From NCBI GenBank assembly GCA_965285935.1, contig OZ260661.1, forward strand, positions 43,276,001 to 43,340,000: a stretch of DNA of 64,000 bases, written 5' to 3'. The DNA comes from Ophelia neglecta (taxonomy: Eukaryota). The position numbers were made by a program, and so were the translations under genes. The notes below the pieces were generated by a model that ran no database searches, was not told the origin of the DNA, and worked only from the letters and a program-made list of their open reading frames with translations. Shown here one piece after another: positions 1 through 15,863 of the stretch (position 1 is the first letter of the stretch; each line of letters begins with the position of its first letter).

Positions 1-439
1 ACATGACTAAAGTGGAATAATACATTGAATAATTGTAAAATGAAAAAATGATAAAACACCAAATGAAAAACGATGAACAGTCACATGCAGTATCTATTGT
101 TTAAACATATACATGTACACATATGTAGAAAATAATGGCCTAGGTAAAAAAAACTGTCAGATTTTTCACTTATAATGAGCTACATGTACAGTGGCACAGT
201 GTGCTTGTGATACTTATCATTAAAATTATTGCTTTTAAATTGACTAATTGATGAGTTTGGGGAGTGAAAGGACAGATATCCAATATCATGATAATTGTAC
301 TATCCTGTATCTAATGTCTAATCTAGGAAATCTCATTTGTTAAATTTTATTCCCTGTCATCCGAGATCCTTCTTTGCCTTCATGCAATATTTTAAGATAT
401 CATTTTGCTTCATTTTATTACATATGTTCGCTATTTTAT

Positions 440-1160
440 TAAAGACAATTTGAGACAAGGATGTACATGAACATTGAAACCAATCACGATATTATCTGTC
501 ATGTAATCTGTTCATGCTTCAATCCAATTTAATAGGTAAGCCAATTTGATATGTGATACTATGATATTTAAATGGTAATGTGAGGAAAGAAGTATCAGAT
601 GCACCAATTAATATCCTTGCTCCATATCTAGGAATTTCAATTATCTGCACTTGCAATTTCAGATTAATCTGTTGACACTCTTGATTATGAACACAGCTTT
701 TTTTCATAATAACAAAGACCTGGTGTTGAAAACTGACACTTTTCTTGGGGAAGTTGGACGAATTGTGTAAGAAATGGTAATAACAAGAATCCTTTTTTTG
801 TGACGAACTAGAAATTTTGTGTTGTCAGTCTTTAACTAAAAAAGGTTGATGGGGTATGTAATGTCTGGAAGAATTTGGAAGAAAATCAGATGTATGCAAG
901 GTCTCAAAAAGTATCAACAAATCAGAGGAACATTTTTATTGGAATGCCCTGTATAGGCTCCCTTTTCAAAAGAAACTCAGAGAAAATTGAAACTGGAACA
1001 TGATTCTCAACTATGTTGCTAACAACAGGAAATGTAGCCATGGGAAAGGGTGGGTTGACAAATGGTCTACGTTTTGCTTTCACATAAATGTTGGACCACA
1101 AATTTGATAGGATGTTTGAGAAATGATGTAGTATATGACTGTACCAGGGCACCATTTATT
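440..1160 (+). pseudogene. Highly degenerate L1/Tx1-like LINE ORF2 fossil (end of RT to zinc-binding C-terminus)
   Basis: Collinear motif remnants across frames: RQGC (453-464), YLGISI (625-642), WC*KLTLFLGK (721-753; cf. WxxRxLSLxGK), YWNALYRLPF (937-966), STFC (~1066-1077). Stops and large deletions are present. Confidence 0.5.
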
Positions 1161-4100
1161 GTGTGATGATTGGAATGGTAGGGGTGGTTCTGAGACAGCC
1201 AGGAACACCTAAATTGTTATTTGCAACTTAGCAGTGCCTGACAGTAATCCTGTGATTTTGGGGCCAGTTCTGCTCAGAATTTCAGCCAGAGCTAAGTGGA
1301 ACAGTTTGCTTAGACTGAGCAGTTCATTGAATAAACAACGACGCAAAAAGGAAATGATGGAACACAGGCAAATAAGAATAAAAATACTGAATGTAATTTG
1401 TTGAAAAGTGTGTGCCCTGAGGATGTATCCTGTTATGAATAAATATCTCCTACTGTTACAAAGAGAGTATATATTTATATACTAAAAAAAAGTTGTAAGT
1501 ACATTTATAACCTCAGATGGTTGACCCACATTTCCTGATTCATTAAACTGAAGTAAGCCCACAAGTTCTAAGATAGAGAGGCAAACCACTTCTATCAACA
1601 TGTGTGCCACATACATTCTCTGCCTGCTAACTGTTTCTGACTTCCATCTCTTATCAGGTGACATTTATAGTATAAATTATGGAGATTATCCTCAAAACAT
1701 GTCACATTTATAAAAGCTGGCTATACATCTAGATCTGTGTAATCATGTAAATGTAGCCAGGCCAGGATTGGACCTGCTCAGCAAATACTATTAATGTAAT
1801 TGTTATTGGTCATCCTGTAGCCAGTTTCCCTTGTCCAGCCGCCTGATGGTCTGTTGGTCTTAGCTCTGGCAGGTGATAACTCTTCTGGTACTGACCAAAC
1901 TAAACTCACTGGAGCCTGATGCATCAGACCATCATTCTTTTGGAGTTGGCAATTGATTATTTGCCTAATTTTAGGTGTTTTGACTAAGAGATAACGTGAG
2001 GTTGGGTCCTGCCCGGATGTATACCTGGAGGAAAGGAATCCATCATTGGTCAGCCTTTAAAATTGAAGATGGCCGTTAGGCCTCTCACCGTGCTGACAGG
2101 GGCAAAATCACTGGCTTGGCCAAGCCACCTTTTCTCTCCCACCATGTCTGCTAGTAGCATGTTAAGCATCTCTAGTATCTCACACCCTGTATGGAAGTAA
2201 GGTGAGAGCCCCATTTATTAAAGGTAAAAAACTCCATGTTCCTTCGCTCATGGTCCAGTTCATATATTGGTATGCCTTCCTATGTTTTGATGCCGTATCA
2301 TTTTCTTGTTTGTGTCAGCCATTAAGATAAGACACCTCTCAGTTCATGGAAAAAATGTAGAAGATACAACTGTGTTCCGAGTTCATTAGTGAGAGAAATA
2401 AGTGATAACACACCTCTCCCTAGGAGAGTTACTTCAACTGCTACTATGTATTAAGGTTGGAATTTCGTTGAATTGAAAAAAACCACTTTTCAATGTCATA
2501 TACCTGCGGGAAGCTAAGAAAATGATGCATTGGGTGGGGTAGGATGAATTTCCTAAGTATTTTTGTAGTAGACATTTTGCCTCCGTTAGATCACAGTGAA
2601 TTAGAAATCTAGCTGGGAGGCAGCGGGGGATTGTCAGGTGGCTCCGTTCATCATCTCTCTGTGTATGGTAGCTCTCTTTGTGACTGGATGGCATTCTTCT
2701 ACCTTTGCTGATCTCATCTGACAGGCCATGGAAATTTGGTAGATAGATCACTGACTACGAAGTTATGGTATGTCTGAAATCAGCCTGGAAGAATCCTTGT
2801 TATAAAAATGGAGACTATGTTGTTATGATGGCTTATTGTCAAGGGACCAAATGCCCAGTTAAACAGTCCTGATTGGCCTATTAAATATTGATACTGCTGT
2901 GGTATTTACTACAGCTCGTAGGAGATGCTGGAAGTCATCTGGGCTGGGATCACACCAAATCCTTGCTCTGATTGCTACAAAAGATGGATTGCATAATTAC
3001 AAATTCATGTATTTTACCTCCCTCAGAAAAGAGCCCATGAAGAATAAAGCTTCAATTATTCATTGATGGCCATTGGCAGGTTTTGGCGTCACCAGCAGGC
3101 CTGTGTATGAATGCTGGCACCACCTTGGTAATGGGAGGGATTCAGTCAAAAAGCTTTGATGGGAGGCCTGGGGTGCCTGTGTGCCTAGCTCAGTGTGGAT
3201 TATGGTATGAGTTATTGGGTGAGTTATGGTAGAAAGCGGCTGGACTCAAGCAAAAGATAGCCAAATAGTCATGGTGTATAGCCAGTGCTGGGCCTGAAGC
3301 CCTGCAGCCCTCACCATACATCACCCTGGCTGACACCCTGCTATCTCCCAGAGACTGATATCTAGACAAACCTATATACACCACTACATGCTGTTTATTT
3401 TAGAAGCCCCATACAGGGTGTCTGTTGTCTCTTTTTTCATGTTTATAGTATAGTGCCTCATTTGGAGGTGGCATCAAGCCATGACCAGGTCGCTAGTATG
3501 CCATATAAACTGACCTTTTACACAGACAGTGGACATTTATCAAGTTGAAGGGAGCTAATGATAACCATTTGGGTTTCTCTGCCTTATCAGCCACCCTGAC
3601 TACGTACATGTATAATGTTGACATATTTCGATAGTACTATATGGAACTTGAGATCTGTGCTCAATTTGCTCATTTGTTGTTTTTTGATGAGTCATACTGT
3701 ACATACGAGCTGTGAGCCTATAATTTCTTTTATCAGGGCATATCCTGTGGTTAGGAGGTAGATGTCACACTTTTGATGGCTGAAGTCTCAAGACATAGTT
3801 CTCCAGAGTTAAGTTCTTCCAACTCAGCACCCCTCCATTTCTGTGCTCAAGGAAGACTACACAACATCTGTGCCCATTTACCAGTTGTCACCTCCTTCAT
3901 GTATGCAAGCTGTGGGATGGAACCGCATGGATGGCCAACCTGAAATTTAAGGGTCTGACAAGCATGGTGTAAATGAAAGTGGTGCCACTGATCTGTGACA
4001 AATTTATGGGTCTTCCTGACAGGAGATGGCAGCTCATTAACAAGTATTTGGGTCAGGATGTGCTACAATCACATCTAGGTCATTGACATGTATTCCCAGG

Positions 4101-7100
4101 TGCTCTTAGAAGCCAGTCGCATCTGTCAAGGTGTCATTTTCAAACAAATGTGGATCATGGACAGGGAGATGGACTCATTGCAAACCTATGTTGGTGTCAG
4201 AGGGAGTCTTAATTTATTGTACCCTGGTCATTTGTAACTGTAACATGCATGCTAGAACAAGCTAAAATAATGTTTATCTGTGGTCAGTGTCACAACATGT
4301 TTGATTTATATGAGGTGGCTAGGAGATGTGATTAATGAGTAGAAGTTTGGTATGTGTAATCTATCCCAGCACAGGTGAACACAAAGATGATCTGGGTATT
4401 GCATTTGTCTGGAAGTCACTGGCGTGTTTTACTGCTGCTATCCAGGTATTTTTGTATACCACAACCCATCATACATCATGTCATTCCATTAAAAACAGTG
4501 ACCAGTTTACATGCTAATTCTTGTGCTATATAGTAGGTCCCTATGCCCACTCTTTGTATGCAAGCACCTGTAATTGATCCCCTGTTACTGAGGAGATAGG
4601 CTATTAGATTAGGCCCACAGGTATGGCTGATTGTCTGGACCTGAATACTGACCTCCCCACAGCACCATTACACTCTCCATTTCCAACATCAGCTCACACA
4701 TCTGGGGCTGTCAGCTAGCCCTTTAAGGCAGGATTTACAGCTTGATTCAACTTTTTCCCCTACAACAAAGAACCAGGCATCACCAAATGACCAGACATTG
4801 ATTTTCCGGAGTTAGTGTGGTCAGTTTAATGTGTCTGGATGTAGAATCATTTTTCTAAGCTTGCTTTTTATGTTTTGGTTTATATGTAAAATTGGGATGA
4901 TGTTTTTGTGAACAAGGGTGTCATCATGAACAAATGATGACAAAATGACCATGTCCCAAACAAAATAAACTTAAGATATTGCTATAATTATATTCTTTTT
5001 AACCGCCATCAACTTGAGTCCATTAGGTGCTGCTCCGAGCATTCAAGCCACGTGACTGCTAGGATGACACTGCCTGTAGAGTTCTGTTACAAAGACTCTG
5101 GTTCCTGTCACACTCTGGTTTTGTCACTCTGGGCTCATCACATGTCCATCTCAAGTGACAAGGATATGTTTTGGATGAAAACATGTGTTATTCTTTCATC
5201 ACACACACTCATACATATATATGTATGTATTTATAAAATAATGTATAGCATGTCCCCAGTCCAGTGGTGTACAGTACATGTACACATATGTATACCCGAC
5301 AAAAAAATGGCTGCAAAGTTTTCGACAGAGGAGAAGATAGCAGTCTGGAGCAGGTTAAAAGGCCTTTACTTCTGTTGTCTGTGGGAAAGTTGTTTGTGTT
5401 CTGTAGTGTTTTACACTTCCAGATCTCATCGCTGCTCAGCTTCCTGTCATTCCCTATTACTTGGCATCTGTCCACCTGTCATCTCCTCTGCTCTTTACAG
5501 ATTCTTATTAACTCCCATTTCAATTAAGTCTCTTGGGCCTTTCTTCTGGGGGCCTGAAATGTGCAGCTTTCACCTTGAATTGTAGAGGAGCAGATGCCCC
5601 TGTGATTGGTTTAGATGTGCCATTATCAGTAAATGGAACTTTTTATTGTAGGGATTGATTCCTTGAAAAAGCATGTTCTACCCAAGTGGCTAGACATGCG
5701 TGGAAGCACGGAGCCAGCTTGTTTGGAGCAGAACACTGCAAAAACTTAAACAAATATTTGAAACTTGCTGAGAGAATACATCCATGAGTGCGGATGTAGT
5801 TTTGATGAAATCTCAAGGGATTTGTGATTTCTACCAGGGGCCAGCACTGGAATTCTTGGTAATGTCCTGCCTGGAGTAATGCAATAGTAATATCAGCAGA
5901 TCATTTGTTGGAAACTGAAGATTCATAATCAAATGAAAACTAGCACTGAGTGGCCCTCACTGCCATCTTAAACAGATGTAAAGGGACATGCCTGGCTGTC
6001 ACATTAAAGGAATAATCATACTCAGTTCCTTTCAGCAGCATACAGTTTTCTATGCATTTAGCTGTCAGTTCATGGAAATCAGGCAAGATATGGATCAATT
6101 GTGCTATGCACAGCGATCAATGTCTTGGCAATAGAAATCCAAGGCTGCCACTTGAAGGGCTGGCAAGTGGTGATCTGCTCCTTCAGGAATGCTGGGGAGT
6201 TTACAAAGCTCCACGTCACTCCCTGTCACTGAAAGTGTGGCCAGAATATCTCAGGTCATCACACAGAAAGCCAAATAGAAAAATATGAAGTTGGCTCATC
6301 AGGACATAATAGAAGCCTGCAGTTAAGCGTTCTGCCTTCCTCCAGACCTTTCACCATGTGTAGTTGATCATGCTCTGGGCACAAAGGGACATGAATGTGG
6401 GTCAAGTAGAGCATAAAGTTCTAACATGTAGACATTCATTGCTATGCTGTGTGCCAGGACTGCCATCTGTCTCTGACTGTCTCTACACTGCACTCTTTGG
6501 CTCCAGTTCTTCTCATATATTAAAAATTCTTTAAAGGTTGTTGCAGCCATTTTCCTTACTGCTGCACATCATAAATGACCGGGCAATCTCTCAGCCTCGC
6601 CAGGCCGCATGAGGCAATGTTTTCATGCACTGCTTGGGCAAATACAGGGACTGCATCAGAGGTTTGGAGCAAATCTCTACATAAACTACCAATAAGAAAA
6701 ACATGATGGTAATGGAAAAGTCCTACCATTGGCTTTAAAAACCAATAGTTTTACATGCTGCATCGGCATTTGGGGTTTTTTAGTGGAAAGTTTTTGCCAT
6801 TTTGCTCAGGAACTTAATGCAGCTCATGCAAGTTGATCATGCTTTAAATATAAACTACATGTGGTTGTCAACAGGTCAACATATCCAATAGATATCATCT
6901 AATTTGCTAACTAATCCCAGATATTACATGCGCATACTGTGGTAGGTGTACCTGCTGCCTATTAAAAAAGCTAAAAAAAAAAACAAGTTCACTGTTTGCT
7001 TTTTACTGCAAAAAAAACCCCTGCTCCATTAGATCACTGTGTCAAAGTTGCCAAGTTCTTTAACCTGAATATGAGCCCCAGTTCATATCTGAATGGCTGA

Positions 7101-10100
7101 GCAATGACTCAGATCAGACCACCCAGAACAGTGAAGAAACAGCTTCTAAATGTAGTGTGAAAGCTAGCAAAACCTTCAGTCAAAAGGCAATATTTGTTTC
7201 CTCTCATTGTGAAGGCAGGCAGCTCTTTAGATTTTGATGCTTTGTGCCTAGAATAACAATTAGATGAAGATGAAAGCCCTCAATCCCATTATGAGGCCTT
7301 CTGAATTGAAATGGTAAATTTGACACAGATTTAAGCATGCAGCTAGCCTCAGTCTGTAGCCATGAAGCCATGCAATCAACCCTCACCTGTGGCTAAATCC
7401 AAGGTATCAGGGATTCTGAGCAGGCTGTTTTGGAAGAGAACCAAGTGTCATAGGTCCCTTATAATGATATGATAGACTCTAGCCCAGGGATGTGCCCAGA
7501 GGCATTGATCTACAGTACACTGGACAACACTCAGCAGCACTTGGACCTACTCAACTGCCACATTATCTTTCCACTAGTTAATAATTCAGTGTGGCACTTG
7601 TGTTAATGACAGATTCCCAGGCCACACAAACCACATCAGTCCAGAAGGGTTTCTTTTGGTGGCAGTATTGTCTTACCTCTGTGGTGGCCTCCATCACTCC
7701 TCCCCCCCCCCTCCCCACAGATACCTGATAGGCAAAGGTACATTAGGTTATGATTGGAGATATGTGTCTTGACACTCTAGGAGTGGTAATCAGCTGGGCC
7801 ACATTGCACTGCAGGTTACCAAGGTATGCAGAAGGCAATCAGGTTCAAGTGTTGTTACTCCTATTGCTCTGACATCATAGATTACACCAACTCAATTCCA
7901 ATAGCATTTCATTGCTGCCAACACATATCAAATGTGATCTGATGGAAGCAATGTTTATCATATAAAATTAAGGTGATTGTGTTCTTGGCAGTTAACATTA
8001 GGCGGGCACTGCAGACATTCCTGTTTTACATTCCTTGAAGGTTCTTAGAGTAAGGTTCAAGGTGAGGTTTAATGATTGGATGTTGCATTAAATTCTCTAG
8101 TTGTGTAAAATTATTTATTTCACAATGTCCAACGTGCAGCCTTGCACTAACATAGCTTGAGAGAAATTAACCCAAGATTGGTTCCGGTTCTATTAGAATG
8201 TGAATGTCCCTGTAGGAGGTTTTACCCGATGGAATGACATCAATAACTTAGCACAACTAGCCTCATCCTCCTCAGAATGGCACCAGAAGGTGCAGCTAGG
8301 GAATCGTCATTCTGGTTCTGCAGTTGCTTCCTGCTGAAAAATGGCCAAGGCCTTGACTTAGGATTTCTGCAGGCATTTTATGTAGATCAAGATTCCAACT
8401 GCAGGAACAGCAATTTTAGTTGCCTCCCAATAGGAAAGTTCAATGAAAGTCAGTCAACGAGGAGACATGGTAATTTGGGAACAAACTCACCAATCTAAAA
8501 GAAGTTTGCCCTGTTGGTGAGCCGCAGGTCCCTCAGGTTCAATTTTGGTGGCTATCTGCTGCTGGCTGATCTGTGTCTTAGATATTCTAAGAGGAGCTGT
8601 TTTTGTACTGTTTTCTTTTTTGTCTTGCCTGGCAAGTAAAGGGCAGGGCCCTAGCGGATGTGCATGAGAAAATTATGAACCCACAATCAATAGGTCTGGC
8701 TAAAGAACAAGGCAGCCTTCAATACTAATCAGAAATGCCTGTTCAGTAGACTAGGAGTGCAATTGAATCATTGAATTATGGGCAGAAACACCGAGTTGCC
8801 CATCACTTGCAGAATAATGATCATACAATGGAGATGATTTGGCTGGCAGATGGATCATGTAAAATATTAGAACTGCACAAGCTGCAGAGTAAGAAAGTGT
8901 TTGTGGTACACTGTGAGAGCAAGGAGGTGTATTGAAGATTTCTGAGAGGTAACCATACCAGCAGCCCAGAGGGTCAAGCTAATTCATCACCTACAAGTTA
9001 CTTAATTAGCCCAGACATTTTCTGAACTTTGATTTTTCAGTACACTGTAAAGGAACAAATTTCGTGAGCAGCAACTTTAGCATTTTCCACAAATGACAGT
9101 GAAGGGGAAAAAGTTCCTGTGCAAATAAAATAGTAAAACAGTTAGATATACATGTATATGCATTATCCAGACTCCAGCCTGTCCTTAAACTTGAATCTTT
9201 TCAAATGTAAAAAATACACATGTGGTTGATTCATGCTGCAAAAAAACCCCTGATTTACAGAATGTAAAAATCAGCATGGAAAACTGGGCCAGATCTTGAG
9301 TTCTAGGTATAAAACAGCTCATGTGTGAGCAGTGTGACATTTGAACATCATGGCTGCACTACTTTGAGTTCTTTTTAATGTATATGTAAAGCAATTTCAC
9401 GGAAGCAAATTCCTGATATTTCCCCCTCTCTGGTAAAACTGTGGCAGTCAATAAATAACCAAGTCAGTTTCCCAGGGCCTAGAGTTACATGCCATTTTTT
9501 TACCTATCAACCCTTAACCCAGAACTGGAATGAAATGTTGAAAAAGGTTTCATAAAATCTCCTTCTCCCAGGCCTACCAGTATTTCTCATTTTGTCCTCA
9601 CTTTTCCAAGATGATGGATCAGATTCAAAGTATTTTAATAAAGGTAGCCTGCTGACAAAATCATTTGTAAAGATTACCAAAAGGAGCCCGTTGTTATTGT
9701 CTACAGTTTCCTCTGGTGACTCAGGTGAGCCTTCTTTTAATGGAGCATAGTAGAGATGTCTTCACTTTTTTGTGCTACTTCCAAGGAGCTTGAAACCATG
9801 TAAGCCTTTTGTTAATGCTCCTGCTTAGTGATTTTTTGTTAGGTATTGTTAGACCATACAGCTTTACAATTACCTTGATCAAGAGAACCTATTGTTGTCG
9901 GTTTCTGTTGGGAGACAGAAATGAGACTTGCAACTCATGATGAACACTTGGTGGGTAACATTAAGGCACAACGGCAGGCCATTGTATCTTGTTTGTTACA
10001 ACATCAAATCCCATGCAATCAATGAAGAAAAGGCCGGGGAATAAAGAAGACCATCCATTTTACCAATATGGATGGTAGGGAATATAGTTTTATTATTTCT

Positions 10101-13100
10101 TTTGTGATTTCTTTCATATATAATAGCCTTATTTTACATTTGATCACATTTTGCTGTGAACACCTACATTAGGAGCACATCAAATAAATGTCTGCTTTTC
10201 AATCTTAGTGATTGGCCTGACAGATAGTGCTAAGAAACGCCATGTCCTTGGAGCTGCTTGATACAGCCATTTTCTATGTGAGGCATGCACATGAAAAGGA
10301 TCTATTCTTCTCATGAAGATTTGCATTGAATATAGTGTGCCAATTGCTAATGCGGAGGTACAATTGCAAATATTGAATGTCTACAATCCACTGATCTCAC
10401 AGCCTGGTAGATGGTTCACATTAGGCAATATAATTTCACTTGTTCCTTTACTAGACTGGCTGCACTGTTTTTTCTGTTGGAAAGTTGGAATACATTTTCA
10501 GTCAAGTTTTTAATTTATTCTTCCAGAGTCATTGGTTATGGCAGCAATTTACTAAAATAAGTCATATAAACATGTTGTTTTTCTTTGACAGGTTCATTTA
10601 TATTAAATTCTAATTGGGACTCCAGCAATCCATGTGTATTTCAAATGTTTCAATTTTATATATGCCAAGTCAGAACATTATATATTTTTAATTTTTTATA
10701 TTTTATGTTTTTACTCCCTGGCTGTTTTTATGTATAAAATACTCTTTTAAACCAAATATTAAAAATGCATGGCCTAAGGGGAAATTGAGTTGTGCACTTA
10801 TAGCTTTATTAAAGGTCTGAAATTAGTTTCTGAGCAAAGTATTGCCCAGTTAATCATGTAGGAAGTGCATGGACAAGGGCATGGAAAATGTACATGTACA
10901 TGTACTGTACATGGATGCATTTCACCCAAATCGCTATTTCTCACACCTAATATATATATATAGCAATCCATAACCACTGGGGAGGGGGGGGGGGGGGGGT
11001 TGAGTGGGTAGGGGTGCATTTAGGTAGGCCCTATGCTGGTTGAGTAGGTGCAGGTGCATTAAGGTAGGTCCTATGCTGGACACTGGCTACTGCAGAAGGA
11101 TAAAAAGAGGCAGAGTCGACTTTTTAAAACCCCTGCTGAGTAGCCTAAAAAAACATTAAATAACCACTTCTTAATACTGCCAACCATTCTACAGCTAATG
11201 GGTGTAGGTCTTTTAGCCTTGCCTCACTATAAAAGGGTGCATTTTCCTTACTGATTTAACAAATCATATTAGCCAAATTGCCCAAATTTATCTTGCCACC
11301 TATTGCCATTGCAAATGATATTGGCTGTCGGATGTGAGTGAATGGAATATCCATAGGACTATGAATGATGGGAAGACCTCAACAGCCATCAACTGGGGTT
11401 CTGCTTGAAAACGCCAGCCTTGAGACCAGATACATATTTTCGTTATTTCATTGATCACCATTTTTTAGGCAGCAAACATTGGCAGCACTTTTGCTGGTAT
11501 AAATGTTTTGAGTGATGGTAAGTGCTACTAAAAGTTTTAGAAGGGGTTCCCTACACAAAGTGAAATATGTGCCGCTTATGGCGAAGTATTGGCACTGTTG
11601 CCCGCAGTGATTGCCTGCATTGTCAGTATTTGATTTAGGCAGAATGCCTCAAGAGTATTTTAAGCTTGGTAAAAAGGTTTAAGTTAAAAGATAAGTCAAG
11701 GCAAACTGTGGAAATTTTTCATTTGAGTGAATCAGATTACCAAACCCAGAAAATAGATTGTTTAAGAAGAATGTGCGCTAAATGAAAAGTTGTGTGGATT
11801 TGCCTGGATTGACTTAGGAGCCAATGAATTCATATAGGTTAGAAGCACCACAATTTATGCTCCTTATATTTTCTGAGCACTGCTGTATCTTGGCTGAGGA
11901 AAGAATCACTATGCTTTTTACAATATTATTCACTTCTTACCAAAGCCTGAATAGATTTATTGTGAAATACACAAAACCAATATTGAACAAATCATGGTTA
12001 ATCTAACTTTATTCTACATTTTATTTGAAAAAGATAAAGCTCAGATCAATAGCTAATATCAATGTTATGTTCCAGCAGTCATGCTTTCCGTGCTCTCATG
12101 CAATCTCTCGGAAATCAGAGAAAATTAGACCCAAGTTTTGTCTTACTCAAGGTCATATTGTTTGGGACTTGTGTTTTGATCTGCTACATGTAGTTGTTTG
12201 GTGATTCATCTAAGTATTCTGGTTATTGGGTGAGCACAATGGATGGGCAGTGCTGAGGCAGACAATAAGGCCATCTAAACTGACTGATGATTCCCATTTA
12301 TAACTCATGGCTGCAGGTAATATATCACCTCTCAGAGGAATCCCACCTGCAAAAGAACTCTTCAAAGGTTGTGGATAATTGCTAACTTTGCACTTTTGTT
12401 CCTATCTCAAGGCTGGAGACAAAAGTGATTAACTTGATGCATTGTTGACTATAGTGTTTGCATACAGCTGCGTTTAGTGCCACGCGACTCGGAGTTACCG
12501 GTGTATCGCTGATAGTGCCCAATTCAATGAGAAAATTGAAGGGAATTCCCGCGTCTGAATTGATTCAATTGTTGGTACAATGTTCTGTGTTAGAGACAAT
12601 TGCTGTGGATTTTGCCTGAAAATAGTAATTTGTCCTGATCACTTTCAATTGGTCCCTGTTTGTAGACAAAGACCATTGCAGTTAGAAAAGTGGCGCTCCA
12701 GGTGAGAAGACCAGAAAAAGGCCAGAGGGCCCATCATTCTCACATCAATGGCTTGCAGGAGGACATAGCTTTGTCTCTACACAACACACCTTCTTCATGG
12801 ATCAGCATTGAAACAAGGGTCCCTTAAGCCTCAGATGCCCAAACTTAATATGTTCATCGCCTCCAAACCATTAATTTACCAATAACCAATTAGGCTGGCA
12901 ATTGTTATTGGCATCGAGCAGCGCAAGCTTTTTTCCACCAATCTAGCCAATAGACTGTCAACAAAAGTGTTAAGTGCTTGATTTAAATTTTAGATTTAAT
13001 TTTACAGTGTTGGTAAGCAATCAATGGCTAGCACATCTGCTGTGAAAGGGAGCTGTAGGGAGGGCATCAGGTTAGCTGGCTACTGTAATTCTGTGACTCA

Positions 13101-15767
13101 TGTGGCAGCTTTGTCTCCGGTTTAAGCAGGCACCCTGCAATTCCCAATGTTTGTCCTGTATCTACTGTAGGAGAAATTGTTTGAATAAAACATTGCTAGA
13201 ATATTTGTTGTTAGTAGGTGACAGCCAGTAGAGTAATCTCCATTCCTCAATTAGGTCCTGAAATAACAGCAGAAAAAATCAATAAACATCTAAAGGAAAA
13301 TCATTGGAAATTCTGTGTTGAAATAAGCTCATTATAAAGGATCTCATGATATGAAGGACTTCACAGTCTTTTGATCTTTTAGGTTTCAGAGTGAGAAAGG
13401 AAAAATCTGTCTTGGATTATGCAAATCTTACCCTGTTGAATGGTTTATTTAATGATTTAAATGTGCCATGGCAAAAACTGCACTTGTTGCTGGTAATGTT
13501 CTTTGATGGATTTCCTTGAATTATTGATTACTAGGTGTTGCAATTCAAAATAATGTCTTGGGCTTTCATAAAGTCCCATGGAAGCCATTGTTGGGAACTT
13601 TGTGGTGTGACTAGAAGTCAATGACACCTCCTTTAACACAGTGTAATTCATAGGAGGTACAGGAGTTGAGATTAGGAAGCTCTCAGATCTGGCAGATAAA
13701 GGGTGTACGATTTGATCAATTTGAGTAAACTGATAGAACGTGTAATGCTTCACCCTCTTTCAACTATAAAAAGCTTCCATAACTTGTAGTCATGTCAGGT
13801 GTCAGCATTCATTGAGATGTGGGGACTTGTTTTACTTTGCCGAGGGCAGTAGCTATGGCAAAGTGCCAAAAATGGGATGCTGTAATGATTCCAAGCAAAC
13901 ACAGGCAAAAAATACTGTAGAATTTACAATGTAAGATAATTGGACATAATAAGCAATAACATGGAGGATTTGTGTGCCATTTGGCTTTGATTATTTCCAC
14001 ATCATGTCACTCACTGCCTCCATCTAGTGATGTGATTATTTTAAATGCAGTATCTACAGGGTGTCATTGTTCACAATGCAGTCAAAGGGTCATTTCCCCC
14101 CTCTATAGGGGATGGGTTGTGGTTTGAATGTTAAATGGTTTACAAAATGTCCAGACAAAATTCATAAGCCTGTGCCTGCCCATACTGGCAAGAGAAATAT
14201 AGAAATATGAAACAGCTATGTGTGCTACTCCCTGCAGAAGACCTGGGCTTGATGGATATGTGTCGGGGCTTGAAAGATAAACTTGTGTTTGAAAGAAAGA
14301 CATACCAAGGTTTCAAACATATACCTGGGTTTGAAAGAACGTGTGCCTGGGCTTGGAAACAAGTACCTACATGTACATGGCTAGAAAGGGAAATCTCATG
14401 TTGTCAGCCATGGCACTTCATACCATATCACTTTTGGTCTAATTACTTGGAAGCCCTGGTTTGCATCAGGAAATCACAAGGAGGTTTCTTAGCATACACT
14501 GATTGACCATAATTGCTAGCCAGATAATAAATTTACCTGGAACAGCCTAGTCTTTTTCCAGATAGCATTACATGATAGAGAAATATGGATATTAACTAAC
14601 CAAATATCAGCCCTGTCTGGTGCCCTGGTGTTTTCAGAAACCTTTTTTTATCAAAATGTAGCGGAATAATAAACCAGTGAGTTTATTTGTGGCAGTGTGC
14701 CCATTAATACTGTATCTCTCATATTTATTAAGTATGTTTCACATGAAACCCATATATAAATCATTTAATTTGAGGTCAAAACTTGGCTGTCCATCCAGAT
14801 TTGTTTATTGTGCATAGTTTGACTAACTTTTGGACTTTTTTTAATGTGCAAACTATCTGATTTTTTATCATAAAATTTTGCTATTGGGGATTATTATAGG
14901 CAATAAATTAATAATGAATTTTTATGATACACCCAATAGTGGAGAAAGCCCCTAAACGTATCACTATCAATAAATTTATGTATAAAGCTGATGTTGTTCA
15001 GGTGTGAGGTACTTCAACTTTTCCCATTTTTTATGTTTGTACAGTTATGTTTGTGTAGAGAAATGCAGCTAGTTATCTTCACACCAGGGATCTTTGGTTT
15101 ACCTGAACTGCCAACCTTCAGGAAAGTCATTTATCTTCCTAAATATTGTGGTTGTAATAATTGGCTATGATTAGAAGTATGCTTTGGTTGATAGGGCAGT
15201 ATTTCATAGAATCCATGTCATGTCAGTAGATGAATGATATAAAGTGCTCTTAGCTGCTGACTAGATTATGGTGATTTGAGGCAGATTGCATGCTTGCCAA
15301 CTGGATAGGAACCCCAGGCCAGGATGGTGATAAAGGTGAGGAAAAGGTCACCCCCTACACATGGTCAACATTAAAACACTACTTAAATTGTTGCTTCTTT
15401 AACTATTCACACCTGCCTGCCTTCAATTGTCCCTGTTGGCTATAATTATTGCCCTATCTATGTAATAATCACCTGATCTAACAATTACTGCTGATTATGT
15501 AAACTTTTCAGGCATGCACCTCCCATGACCTGTGAAAATTAATAGAATTTCATATAATTATCCTGGAACAAGGCGGTTGGCTTGGTAAGCTCAGGTAAAC
15601 TGGGTATGGTTGTTCTATGTGTGATCCTTGGACCAGGTACCAGGTACCTGGTACCATGCTGGCTGTCCTGGCTGAAGGGCCTAGTGTAGGGGCCTTTGGC
15701 CCCAGTGGAGGCAGTGTCTCATGTCCTGCTGTTTTGAACTGTGGGGCTGGGCCTCACAGGCCCTCAC

Positions 15768-15863
15768 AGCCATCTCACATGCCATCTGAGTAGTCCTTTG
15801 ATACTCTGGAGATCACTAGCCATCTCACATGCCATCTGACTAGTCCTTTGATACCCTGGAGAT
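15768..15863. repeat. Tandem duplication, 50 bp period, ~2 copies
   Basis: AGCCATCTCACATGCCATCTGA.TAGTCCTTTGATAC.CTGGAGAT starts at 15768 and again at 15818. Confidence 0.9.

Noticed and set aside
5052-5585. 177 aa ORF and the many other 60-140 aa ORFs in host DNA
   Set aside because: No domains or consistent coding bias; many have non-ATG starts; lengths are as expected by chance.
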